In this document: in pieces, positions 1 through 8,922 of the stretch
How positions within the stretch are numbered: the stretch's first letter is position 1
Layout of the letters: every line of letters starts with the position of its first letter
Source: a virus
Virus record (IMG/VR): IMGVR_UViG_3300025108_000015
Span: 114,234-178,233 of that record
Reading direction: 5' to 3' (one strand)
DNA: 64,000 bases
Made by a program: the position numbers and the translations under genes
Notes under the pieces: generated by a model
Database searches by the model: none
The model's input: the letters and a program-made list of their open reading frames with translations, nothing else
What the model was told of the DNA's origin: nothing

Positions 1-1
1 T

Positions 2-85
2 AACGCTGATACTGTTTTAAAAAGAGATGGATACTATTGGTTTTGTGAGGAAATTCCTTCAATTGACTTTGAAGAATTAACATAA
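2..85 (+). CDS. 3' end of an upstream gene, truncated by the window edge; hypothetical protein
   Basis: Open frame NADTVLKRDGYYWFCEEIPSIDFEELT* ending TAA at 83-85, followed by a terminator. Confidence 0.6.
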   Translation, partial: NADTVLKRDGYYWFCEEIPSIDFEELT

Positions 86-94
86 ATTTAACAT

Positions 95-123
95 AGGGGG
101 CTTGTATAGTCCCCTTTTTTTTT
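95..123 (+). terminator. Rho-independent terminator
   Basis: Stem AGGGGGC/GTCCCCT around TTGTATA, followed by a long T run. Confidence 0.75.
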
Positions 124-132
124 GTACATTTA
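101..132 (+). promoter_or_regulatory. Bacteroidetes-type sigma70-like promoter, overlapping the terminator
   Basis: CTTG (101-104) - 20 nt - TACATTTA (125-132); resembles TTTG-N19/21-TAnnTTTG. Confidence 0.45.
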
Positions 133-151
133 CATAGTAAATAAGAAACAT

Positions 152-1081
152 ATGACAAACCTCGGATATTGCTGTATCAACATGACCCTTCGTAAGGACA
201 AGATTACTACCAATCGTAGTATGATTAAAAAAACATTCCTTAAAGAAGGTATCAGTAGGTCATCAGACCTTGCATTACAAAATGCTAAAGACCTTGTAGA
301 GATTATCAAATGGAACGAACGTAATGGTTTCAAACTATTCCGTATGTCGTCTGACTTAGTTCCATGGGCTAGTGAGTTCAAGTTATCAGATATGCCAGAC
401 TATACTAAGTTTAGTAATGTACTCAAGGGTGCAGGTACTTTAGCTAAGTCGTATGGTCAACGTATCACTTCACATCCTGGCCCATTCAATGTATTGGTGT
501 CACCTAATGATAGAGTTGTAGATAACACGATTAGAGACCTTTCAATACACGGAGAACACTTTGACCTTATGGGGTTAGAGAGAAGTCATCAGAACCCTAT
601 TAACATCCATTGTAATGGTGTCTATGGTGATAAGATGTCTGCTATGAATCGTTTCATCACAAACTTCAAGAGATTGCCTGAGTCAGTCCAATCACGATTG
701 GTTGTTGAGAACGATGACAAAGCAAGTATGTACTCAGTCAAAGACCTTATGTACCTACACGAACATATTGGTATTCCGATTACGTTTGACTATCACCACC
801 ACAAATTCAATACCGGTGGGTTGTCTGAACAAGAAGCACTTGAGTTGGCTATGTCAACGTGGGGTGACTACAAACCCTTAGTCCATTACTCTGAATCACG
901 TCTATTGGAACAAGAAGGTGTAAAAGCACAAGCACATTCTGATTTTATCTATTCTGAAATCAATACATATGGTCATTCTTTAGACATTGAGGTCGAGGCT
1001 AAGATGAAGGAGTTGACTGTGTTAGATTATCTTTCCAATTTTGGTACACATCCAAAAGGGCATAGTATGGGGAAAGCTTGA
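152..1081 (+). CDS. uvsE: UV-damage endonuclease (UvsE/UVDE family)
   Basis: LGYCCIN, FRMSSDLVPW, HPGPFNVL, ENDDK, DYHHH, HYSES, AHSD and EVEAKMKE motifs; ATG at 152 preferred over the track start at 122. Confidence 0.9.
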   Translation: MTNLGYCCINMTLRKDKITTNRSMIKKTFLKEGISRSSDLALQNAKDLVEIIKWNERNGFKLFRMSSDLVPWASEFKLSDMPDYTKFSNVLKGAGTLAKSYGQRITSHPGPFNVLVSPNDRVVDNTIRDLSIHGEHFDLMGLERSHQNPINIHCNGVYGDKMSAMNRFITNFKRLPESVQSRLVVENDDKASMYSVKDLMYLHEHIGIPITFDYHHHKFNTGGLSEQEALELAMSTWGDYKPLVHYSESRLLEQEGVKAQAHSDFIYSEINTYGHSLDIEVEAKMKELTVLDYLSNFGTHPKGHSMGKA

Positions 1082-1108
1082 TTTAATTAATTTATTAATT
1101 ATTTTCCT

Positions 1109-1118
1109 GATATTTATA
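1109..1118 (+). promoter_or_regulatory. Putative phage late promoter motif
   Basis: GATATTTATA; one of 16 intergenic copies of TA(T/C)TTAT(A/T). Confidence 0.55.
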
Positions 1119-1218
1119 CCTATCAGGTGGTTAACTTGGCTTGAGCTGCTTAGCGAAAACGTAGTTTAATAATAAGTACAACTCCTGAAGTTAGTAAAAC
1201 CAATTTGTGGAAAAATAA

Positions 1219-2250
1219 ATGAAAAAACTTTTTAATAGGAAGAATATGTTCATACTTCTAATGACTATCAGTACATTAGGGTTAGCTATTTCAGCTGCAT
1301 ATTATTCAGTATTTGGATTGAGTTCACTGTTTGCTGGTGCTAGAACTGAGGTAATAATAATGGCGGGTTCATTAGAGTTTTCTAAACTTATAATAGCATC
1401 ATACTTACATAACAATTGGAAGACTGCTGGTTGGATGAAGTGGTATCTTACCTTAGCAGTTGGTGTATTAATGGTAATCACCTCAGCAGGTATCTATGGA
1501 TTCTTAACATCAGCATATCAAAAGACTGCTGACCAATTAGGTGTATTGGATAAGCAAGTTCAAGTAATTGATTTAAAGAAGGGAAGATTCCAAGAACAAT
1601 TGGATTACTTTAATATAGAAAAGAATCAGTTATCGGAATCAATTACGGAACTACGTAATGGGCTATCTAATAATGTAGTACAATATCGTGATAAAGAAAC
1701 TGGTCAGATTATAACAACAACGTCATCATCTCAACGTAGAGCTTTGGAACGTCAATTAGCATCAGCAGTTGAATCACGTGATGGTATATCTATAAAAATT
1801 GAGGTATTGACCGATTCAATTACATCACTTGATTTAAAAGTATTGGATTTGGAATCTAATAATGAAGTAGCTGCCGAAGTCGGACCATTGAGATATATGT
1901 CCGCAATAACCGGCCGACCTATGAATGTGATTGTGAATTGGTTTACATTACTTATAGTATTTGTATTTGACCCACTTGCTATTTCAATGGTAATAGCATT
2001 AAACAAGTTAACATCTAAACCTACTGATGTAAAACTACCAATCTCTGAAGAGGAAGAGTCAGACGAAGTTATCGATGATGTTATTGTGCCAGAACTTACC
2101 AAAGTACCAGTTGTACCAAAGACTGAACCAATTGAAAAGGAAGATGTAACATTTATCCCAACGGATGATGATGCTAGAAAATTATATGGTGAGAATCGTA
2201 AATCCAATTCAAAGACTAAACATATATACAAAAACGCATCTACTAAATAA
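1219..2250 (+). CDS. Multi-pass membrane protein with a central coiled coil, function unknown
   Basis: About 3-4 N-terminal hydrophobic segments, a heptad-rich middle, a further TM segment (WFTLLIVFVFDPLAISMVIAL) and an acidic/Pro-rich tail. Confidence 0.7.
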   Translation: MKKLFNRKNMFILLMTISTLGLAISAAYYSVFGLSSLFAGARTEVIIMAGSLEFSKLIIASYLHNNWKTAGWMKWYLTLAVGVLMVITSAGIYGFLTSAYQKTADQLGVLDKQVQVIDLKKGRFQEQLDYFNIEKNQLSESITELRNGLSNNVVQYRDKETGQIITTTSSSQRRALERQLASAVESRDGISIKIEVLTDSITSLDLKVLDLESNNEVAAEVGPLRYMSAITGRPMNVIVNWFTLLIVFVFDPLAISMVIALNKLTSKPTDVKLPISEEEESDEVIDDVIVPELTKVPVVPKTEPIEKEDVTFIPTDDDARKLYGENRKSNSKTKHIYKNASTK

Positions 2251-2251
2251 A

Positions 2252-2283
2252 TTTGTGTATGTCAATATTTTTTTGTATATTGT
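2252..2283 (+). promoter_or_regulatory. Bacteroidetes-type promoter candidate upstream of the ClpP-like gene
   Basis: TTTG (2252-2255) - 20 nt - TATATTGT (2276-2283). Confidence 0.4.
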
Positions 2284-2308
2284 ATATAAATAAACAAGTT
2301 ATAAACTA

Positions 2309-2938
2309 ATGGATGAACTATACAACACAACACCAACCTCTGCTGGAGTTAATTTAAGTTATCATGATACGGATAACTCTAAAGATGGCCATAAAAGTTT
2401 TTATCGTGAATTCGATTATGGTATAGACACCACGGACAATGTTATCTTAATACAAGATGAAATATCAAGTGGGTTAACATTTGACATTGTATCTAAGGTC
2501 AGATTACTTCTGAAGATAAATGGTGATATCAATACTATTAATATATTACTCAACTCTCCTGGTGGGGATGTAATCGAAACTTTAGCTTTGATAGATTACA
2601 TGAAGTCTCAAGAAGCTCAAGGTATTAAGTTTAATATCATCGTAAGAGGGTCAGCTATGTCAGCAGCAGCACTTCTACTTACTTGTGGTACTGGTCTACG
2701 GGCTGCATCTAAACACTCTAAGATTATGGTACATCAATTATCAACAGTCGCAGTAGGTAAGTTGAGTGATGTTAAATCAAACGCACGATTCTCTGAAGAG
2801 TTAGAGAATGATTGTAATCAACTTATGGCTGAAAATTCTAAAATGGACAAAGAGTATTGGGAAGGTATATCTTCTTCAGACTACTTTATGTCAGCAGAAA
2901 AAGCACTTGAGTGTGGTATCATCGATAAAATAATTTAA
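2309..2938 (+). CDS. clpP: ClpP-family (peptidase S14) serine protease
   Basis: LLNSPGGDV, GSAMSAAA (catalytic Ser), IMVHQ (catalytic His) and YFMSAEKALECGIIDKI. Confidence 0.85.
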   Translation: MDELYNTTPTSAGVNLSYHDTDNSKDGHKSFYREFDYGIDTTDNVILIQDEISSGLTFDIVSKVRLLLKINGDINTINILLNSPGGDVIETLALIDYMKSQEAQGIKFNIIVRGSAMSAAALLLTCGTGLRAASKHSKIMVHQLSTVAVGKLSDVKSNARFSEELENDCNQLMAENSKMDKEYWEGISSSDYFMSAEKALECGIIDKII

Positions 2939-2944
2939 AATAAT

Positions 2945-3724
2945 ATGTTAGACTTTTTCACAGCAGAAGAACTCGTAGAGAACTACGAGAAGTTCCGTAA
3001 ACTAATTAACAAAACATTTGAAGGTGACCGATTAGAGGCACTTAATAAAATGTACGACCACTTCGAAGAACGTATGATTTATACACCAGCATCTTCGGTA
3101 GAACATTACCACAATGCATTTCCAGGTGGATACATCGACCACGTTCTTAGGGTAACACGTAATGCTTTAAAAGTATACGACCTTTATTCTGAGTTAGGTG
3201 GTGTTGGTGATTATAGTAGAGAAAGTCTAATATTCACAGCACTACACCACGACCTTGGTAAGTTGGGTACGCCTGAGTTGGATTACTATGTTAAGAATGA
3301 TTCCGAATGGCACATAAAGAATCAAGGTAAGATTTACAAAACAAATTCAGACATCCATTGGATGAATCTAAACGATAGAACATTCTATCTACTAAACTAC
3401 TTTGGTATTCAATGTACCCAAGAAGAATGGATTGGTATTAAACTTACTGATGGGTTGTATGACGAGAATAACAAAGAGTATTTTATCAAGTACAATAAAG
3501 ATGACGCATTAAAAACATCGATGCCATACGTAATGCATACCGCTGACTTATTCGCTGCAAGATACGAGAATGAGAGATGGATGAAAGAAATGAATCCAAT
3601 AAAGTCTACACGGAAGTCAACTATTGGTAGACCTAAGAAGGGGAATTTAGGTGACGCTTTTACTAATAGTAATACTGATACTAAAAGTGTATTCGACGCG
3701 TTTAAAGGAATTATAGAGGAGTAA
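2945..3724 (+). CDS. HD-domain phosphohydrolase
   Basis: HNAFPGGYIDHVLRV ... ALHHDLGK ... HTAD metal-binding pattern. Confidence 0.8.
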   Translation: MLDFFTAEELVENYEKFRKLINKTFEGDRLEALNKMYDHFEERMIYTPASSVEHYHNAFPGGYIDHVLRVTRNALKVYDLYSELGGVGDYSRESLIFTALHHDLGKLGTPELDYYVKNDSEWHIKNQGKIYKTNSDIHWMNLNDRTFYLLNYFGIQCTQEEWIGIKLTDGLYDENNKEYFIKYNKDDALKTSMPYVMHTADLFAARYENERWMKEMNPIKSTRKSTIGRPKKGNLGDAFTNSNTDTKSVFDAFKGIIEE

Positions 3725-3725
3725 T

Positions 3726-4007
3726 ATGATTATAACAATTATTATATTATCAATAACAACAATCGTATTTTTATTTAGTACGATAAACCTTCTTCGTAAG
3801 AACGAAGCATACGAAGATGTTGTGGAAGAGCAGGAGATAGTAATATCAGACACCGCAAATAGAATTGATGATTCTATGGCTAAGATGAAAGAGATTGATA
3901 AGTTAGGTTCTTTTGAAGCAGATGATGAGACTGGATTTATCTTTAAGAATTTGTATGAAGTAATTGAGCAATTAGAAAAGTACTATGGGTCGAAAGAGGA
4001 AGAATAA
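3726..4007 (+). CDS. Small protein with an N-terminal membrane anchor, function unknown
   Basis: Hydrophobic first 22 aa, then an acidic coiled coil; GAGGAG SD upstream. Confidence 0.7.
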   Translation: MIITIIILSITTIVFLFSTINLLRKNEAYEDVVEEQEIVISDTANRIDDSMAKMKEIDKLGSFEADDETGFIFKNLYEVIEQLEKYYGSKEEE

Positions 4008-4701
4008 AAGATATTTTAATAAAATAAATGAGATTGCAATCAACGCATATAACAATTGTGATGACCAGCGACTAAAGAATAAAATATACAATCGGTTTAT
4101 TCATTACCCATTTGATAAACTTGCAGAGAATGTAATACATACTTACAAGACTTATTATTTTGAAGTTCCATACGAAGATGTTAAAGCAAATGTAGTAGCA
4201 TTCTTAAATGAGAAGATTCATAAGTTCAATGGAGACAATGGTAGAGCGTTCTCATACTTTACTGTAATAGCACGTAACTATTTGTTCAATGAAAACAATG
4301 CTAATTATGCTCGTATGAAAATGAGAGATGGTGTTGAAGTCATAGACTCGTCACGTGATATTGTAAATGAGGTATTCGATAAACGACAAATGGAAGCTCT
4401 AAAAGATTTCATGGATTACTATGTAATGTACATGGATAGTAATATTCTTACAATATTCAATAAAGAACGGGACCAAAAGATAGCAGATTCGCTTACTGAA
4501 TTATTTAGAACACGTGATAACCTATATTCTTACAATAAAAAGGCTCTCTATATACTTATTAGGGAGAGAACTGGAGTTCAGACTCAATACATCACACGTG
4601 TGGTAGGTAAGATGAAGGTTATATACAAAGAACTATATATCGATTTTATGAAAGGTGATATATTACCAGTAACACATCGAGTGGAGGAATTTAATGGATA
4701 A
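3985..4701 (+). CDS. Putative late-transcription sigma factor (T4 gp55-like)
   Basis: Region-2-like segment NEKIHKFNGDNGRAFSYFTVIARNYL; size and position suit a late sigma. Confidence 0.6.
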   Translation: MGRKRKNKRYFNKINEIAINAYNNCDDQRLKNKIYNRFIHYPFDKLAENVIHTYKTYYFEVPYEDVKANVVAFLNEKIHKFNGDNGRAFSYFTVIARNYLFNENNANYARMKMRDGVEVIDSSRDIVNEVFDKRQMEALKDFMDYYVMYMDSNILTIFNKERDQKIADSLTELFRTRDNLYSYNKKALYILIRERTGVQTQYITRVVGKMKVIYKELYIDFMKGDILPVTHRVEEFNG

Positions 4702-5056
4702 GGATACTGAATTATTTAAAGGTAAGTCTTTCTCGGATATTATGTCAGACATATATTCCAATCAAAAAAAGAAAGACCGCCAAATCAAACTACTGATTGC
4801 TCAACTCGAACCAATGGTTAAGAGTTTGGGTGATGCATCAGTAGTTGTACCTTTGATAAAAGAATACTTAGATATATCAGTTCGTAATGACGATGCTTTA
4901 ATTAAATTAGCAGCAATCGTCCAACGTATGATGAAGGACAACAATTCGGGCTCAGATGGTGGTATGTTATTATCACCAGAGGAGAAGAGACAATTGATGG
5001 ATGCTATTGATGAGGTTGAGAAAGACCTACCTAAAGACGATGGGGGTGATGAATGA
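4694..5056 (+). CDS. Hypothetical helical protein (terminase small subunit possible but unsupported)
   Basis: ORF with a GGAGG SD, predicted all-alpha, no recognisable motif. Confidence 0.6.
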   Translation: MDKDTELFKGKSFSDIMSDIYSNQKKKDRQIKLLIAQLEPMVKSLGDASVVVPLIKEYLDISVRNDDALIKLAAIVQRMMKDNNSGSDGGMLLSPEEKRQLMDAIDEVEKDLPKDDGGDE

Positions 5057-6051
5057 AATATGCACAAGTATTAGAAGTATATTTAGATGATGATAACCCC
5101 AACGGACCCTACTCAATACAAGCTTCTCTAAAAGAATCAAATACAAGTAAACGTATTTTAGCTAAGCCATTAAGTATACTTAGTAAAACTATTCCTGTTG
5201 TTGGTGAGTATGTATGTATACAAAAAGCACCTTCTGATTTCATATCTGCTACGGGTGGTGGTGCTACTGTATTTTATTACTCACATCCGGTTTCATTACA
5301 AGGTAATGTAAATAATAATATATTAGAAAACGCAACCAGACTTGAAGGAAGTACGATTGGTGGTGATTATAATATTACCTCAGCCGGAGTTCCGAACACA
5401 TCAGGCCCTTCTAAATCCGACCCTAAGAATAAAGAGTTCAAAATAGTATCAAACCTATCACAATTACAACCATACTCAGGTGATATTATACATGAGGGTA
5501 GGTTTGGCCAATCAATTCGATTTGGGTATACTCCACAAAATTCAGATTCTAAGATTAAACCATCTTGGACCTCAACTACACCCGAATCACCAATCACTAT
5601 TATTCGTAATGGCGCTGGTAACTCAAATGGGTATAATAAATTTGTTATAGAAGATATCAATGATGACGACTCATCTATATACTTAGCTTCTAAACAAAAG
5701 GTTGGAATTAAGTCGTCAAATAACTTTACGTTAGGAGTTACACCCACATCTCTATATACTAAACCACAAATAGTATTAAACTCGGACCGACTCGTTCTAA
5801 ATTCAAAAAAAGACTCAGTTCTAATCAGTGGTGCTAAATCGGTAAATGTATCAACGTCCAATTGGAAAGCTGATATGGATGTCATATTCAGTCAGTTGGA
5901 ATCAATCACCGATGCACTATTACAGTTAGCACCCCAACTAACTGCGGCTGCCAATACTGGTGGGCCAGTCCCATCACTAACGGCCGGTGGTCCTCAATTG
6001 TTATCTACGATTACTCAAGTAAAAACTCAGTTAACATTAATGAAACAATAA
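5053..6051 (+). CDS. Putative baseplate hub/central spike protein (gp5/VgrG-like, no lysozyme domain)
   Basis: OB-fold-like N-terminus (TIPVVGEYV), GDIIHEGRFGQSIRFG and a beta-rich repeat region (QIVLNSDRLVLNS); directly upstream of gp25/gp6-like genes. Confidence 0.5.
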   Translation: MKYAQVLEVYLDDDNPNGPYSIQASLKESNTSKRILAKPLSILSKTIPVVGEYVCIQKAPSDFISATGGGATVFYYSHPVSLQGNVNNNILENATRLEGSTIGGDYNITSAGVPNTSGPSKSDPKNKEFKIVSNLSQLQPYSGDIIHEGRFGQSIRFGYTPQNSDSKIKPSWTSTTPESPITIIRNGAGNSNGYNKFVIEDINDDDSSIYLASKQKVGIKSSNNFTLGVTPTSLYTKPQIVLNSDRLVLNSKKDSVLISGAKSVNVSTSNWKADMDVIFSQLESITDALLQLAPQLTAAANTGGPVPSLTAGGPQLLSTITQVKTQLTLMKQ

Positions 6052-6062
6052 TTATATATAAA

Positions 6063-6072
6063 CATATTTATT
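6063..6072 (+). promoter_or_regulatory. Putative late promoter motif
   Basis: CATATTTATT, only 3 nt before the ATG at 6076. Confidence 0.5.
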
Positions 6073-6075
6073 ATC

Positions 6076-6558
6076 ATGGATACAAAGAAACTAATTAAGG
6101 CAATTCAACTCATCATTAAAGAAGAGGTAAAGAAGGAAGTCTCTAAACGTGAGAAGTCTTTACGAGCTTCTATTATAAAAGAGATAAAGCAATCACAACC
6201 AAACGTTGTTGATAAAGACCCGCTTGATGTAGACCACGTATTTGAATCTAATACTAAAATAAATAAATCATTTACCGGCAACGCAACGTTAAATGATATG
6301 TTAAACGAAACCGCTGATAGTGGTGAGTGGAGAAGTATTAATTCAAATGGAGTTGGTGGTGGTATGTTTGATGCATCACAAGCACAGGCGTTCGCTGGTG
6401 GTATGGGTCAACAACCACAAGTGTTACAAAACGCAGATGGTAGAACAATACCAACTAATCAGCTACAACAAACTGACGCAGGTAAAGCGGTAGTTGACGC
6501 ACTAACACGTGACTACTCAGGTTTAATGAAACATATAAATAATAAGAAGGGTAGCTAA
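6076..6558 (+). CDS. Hypothetical protein in the baseplate cluster
   Basis: Clean ORF, coupled to the next gene by a TAATG overlap. Confidence 0.7.
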   Translation: MDTKKLIKAIQLIIKEEVKKEVSKREKSLRASIIKEIKQSQPNVVDKDPLDVDHVFESNTKINKSFTGNATLNDMLNETADSGEWRSINSNGVGGGMFDASQAQAFAGGMGQQPQVLQNADGRTIPTNQLQQTDAGKAVVDALTRDYSGLMKHINNKKGS

Positions 6559-6992
6559 TGGCATCCCGTAATGAATTTAGTATCAATCCTTTAGACTTAA
6601 AAAGGAATAAGGCAGTTGGAGTTTTGTTACCATTGGGTGGTAGTCCATTATTTAAACTATCATATACAACTGAAGAGCAGGCTATATCTAATCTTAAAAA
6701 CTTGATTTTAACAAGAAAGGGTGAACGTCATCTTCAACCAACATTTGGTTCCGATGTATACTCATTGTTATTTGAACAAATGACAGAAGACTTAGCAGAT
6801 GATTTGGAAAGTTCACTACGAGATGATATTAAATTCTGGCTTCCATATATTATTATAGATAGTATACGAGTAATTACCAACGAAGATAATAATAGAGTAA
6901 ACATAAATTTAGTAGTTAAGGTAACTGACCGTGGGGCAAACACAAAAATAACAATTCTTGTTTCAGAGCAAGGTAATATATCTATTGTTTAA
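6558..6992 (+). CDS. Baseplate wedge subunit, gp25/GPW family
   Basis: NLKNLILTRKGERHLQPTFGSDVYSLLFE ... IKFWLPYI; typical gp25-like signature. Confidence 0.85.
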   Translation: MASRNEFSINPLDLKRNKAVGVLLPLGGSPLFKLSYTTEEQAISNLKNLILTRKGERHLQPTFGSDVYSLLFEQMTEDLADDLESSLRDDIKFWLPYIIIDSIRVITNEDNNRVNINLVVKVTDRGANTKITILVSEQGNISIV

Positions 6993-7001
6993 GGATAAGA
7001 C

Positions 7002-8912
7002 ATGGCTGATAAAATAAAAAAAGATGTAAATTTAATAGGTAGAGACTTCGGTGATATCCGTAAGAATCTAATTGACTTTACTAAAACATATTTCCCAAAT
7101 ACCTATAATGATTTTAATGAATCATCTCCTGGTATGATGTTTATGGAAATGGCGGCATATGTGGGTGATGTACTTTCATATTATACCGATGTTCAATTAA
7201 GAGAATCTGTTTTAGAAGAAGCTCAAGAAAAGTCTAATGTATTTACAATAGCACAATCATTTGGGTATAAGCCAAAGTTAAATGTACCAGCAACAACCGA
7301 TATGACTGTGTATCAGATATTACCTGCGATGGGTAGTGGTGATAATGTTAAGCCAAACTTTGACTACGCATTAACCTTAAAAGAAGGTATGGTCATTGGT
7401 TCAACTGAAAGTCCCAACGTTGAATTTACTACTATAAATAAAGTAAGATTTGCACAATCATCTTCATTCGACCCCACTGACGTTTCGGTTTATCAAATTG
7501 ACGAAACAACAAACGAACCTATCTATTATTTATTAAAAAAATATGTTAAAGCAGTTAGTGGTAAAAGTGAAACATCTACATTTAACTTTGGTTCTCCAAA
7601 ACCTTACGATAAAATAAAAATAGAAGCGGATGGTTTGATTGATGTAATAAGCATCATGGATGATGATGGTGATGAGTGGACTAAGGTTGAGTATCTAGCA
7701 CAAGACACTGTGTTTGAAGAATTACCAAACACTACCGATTACTCATTAGCCATGGCTGCTTACGCAAATGAGACACCATCATTACTTAAACTAAAAAGAG
7801 TACCCAAACGTTACATTACACGTATAACTGACGATGGTACACTCGACATTCAATTTGGAGCAGGGGTATCATCAAATTCAGACGAAGAGATACTTCCAAA
7901 TCCGGATAACGTTGGCTCCGCACTATATCCCGCAAGTGGTGACCTTGACCAAGGGGTTGACCCATCAAACTTTATGTACGCTAAAACATATGGTGTAGCT
8001 CCAGCTAATACCGAATTAACTGTTACATACCGAATAGGTAATGGTGTTTCTGATAACGTTCCATCTTCTGATTTAACAACGATTGTAGAACGTGTAATTG
8101 AAACTGATGGTAGTAGGTTGGTTGGTGATGTTTTTAATGTAGTTAAAAACTCAATAGCAGTAACGAACGAAGTAGCAGCAACTGGCGCCCAATTTGAAGA
8201 AGAGATTGAGCAGGTACGTAACAACGCTCTTGCATATTTTAGAGCACAAAATAGAGCCGTAACCAGAGAAGACTACTTACTTAGAGCGTACGCATTACCA
8301 CCACAATTTGGTTCGGTAGCAAAAGCATATGCTGCACCTGACTTCCAAATCAATACTTTATTGGATGATGGTCCGGACCCAATTCCAAATCCATTAGCAA
8401 TTAACTTCTATACATTAGGATATGATTCTAAGAAAAAGCTTACTCAGTTAAACAATGCTACAAAGCAAAACTTACAAAACTATTTGTCTTACTATCGTAT
8501 ATTAACTGATGCTGTAAATATTAAAAATGCATACATCGTAAATATTGGTATCAACTTCGAAATAATAGTATTACCAAATTACAATTCAAATGAGGTTCTC
8601 TTAAAATGTATCAACACATTAAAAGAATTATTCAAAATCGAACGTATGGCTATTAACAAACCGATAAATCTAACTGACTTATATGTTAGCTTGGATGGAG
8701 TTGATGGTGTTCAATCGGTAGTCAGACCTAATAAAGAAGATGAGGGTGGGTTACAAATTATAAATAAATTTGGCGGAACTTATTCTGATAATAAATATAG
8801 TACAAAAGAAGCTACCAGAAATGGTATAGTGTATCCACCAAAAGACCCAACTTGTTTTGAAATAAAATATCCTGACGTAGACATCGTAGGTAAAGTTGTA
8901 TCATTATTTTAA
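7002..8912 (+). CDS. Baseplate wedge subunit, T4 gp6/baseplate-J-like
   Basis: RDFGDIRKNL ... NDFNESSPG ... YVGDVLSYY ... AQSFGYKP; IQFGAG; QNRAVTREDY. Confidence 0.85.
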   Translation: MADKIKKDVNLIGRDFGDIRKNLIDFTKTYFPNTYNDFNESSPGMMFMEMAAYVGDVLSYYTDVQLRESVLEEAQEKSNVFTIAQSFGYKPKLNVPATTDMTVYQILPAMGSGDNVKPNFDYALTLKEGMVIGSTESPNVEFTTINKVRFAQSSSFDPTDVSVYQIDETTNEPIYYLLKKYVKAVSGKSETSTFNFGSPKPYDKIKIEADGLIDVISIMDDDGDEWTKVEYLAQDTVFEELPNTTDYSLAMAAYANETPSLLKLKRVPKRYITRITDDGTLDIQFGAGVSSNSDEEILPNPDNVGSALYPASGDLDQGVDPSNFMYAKTYGVAPANTELTVTYRIGNGVSDNVPSSDLTTIVERVIETDGSRLVGDVFNVVKNSIAVTNEVAATGAQFEEEIEQVRNNALAYFRAQNRAVTREDYLLRAYALPPQFGSVAKAYAAPDFQINTLLDDGPDPIPNPLAINFYTLGYDSKKKLTQLNNATKQNLQNYLSYYRILTDAVNIKNAYIVNIGINFEIIVLPNYNSNEVLLKCINTLKELFKIERMAINKPINLTDLYVSLDGVDGVQSVVRPNKEDEGGLQIINKFGGTYSDNKYSTKEATRNGIVYPPKDPTCFEIKYPDVDIVGKVVSLF

Positions 8913-8922
8913 AAGGTAGAAG

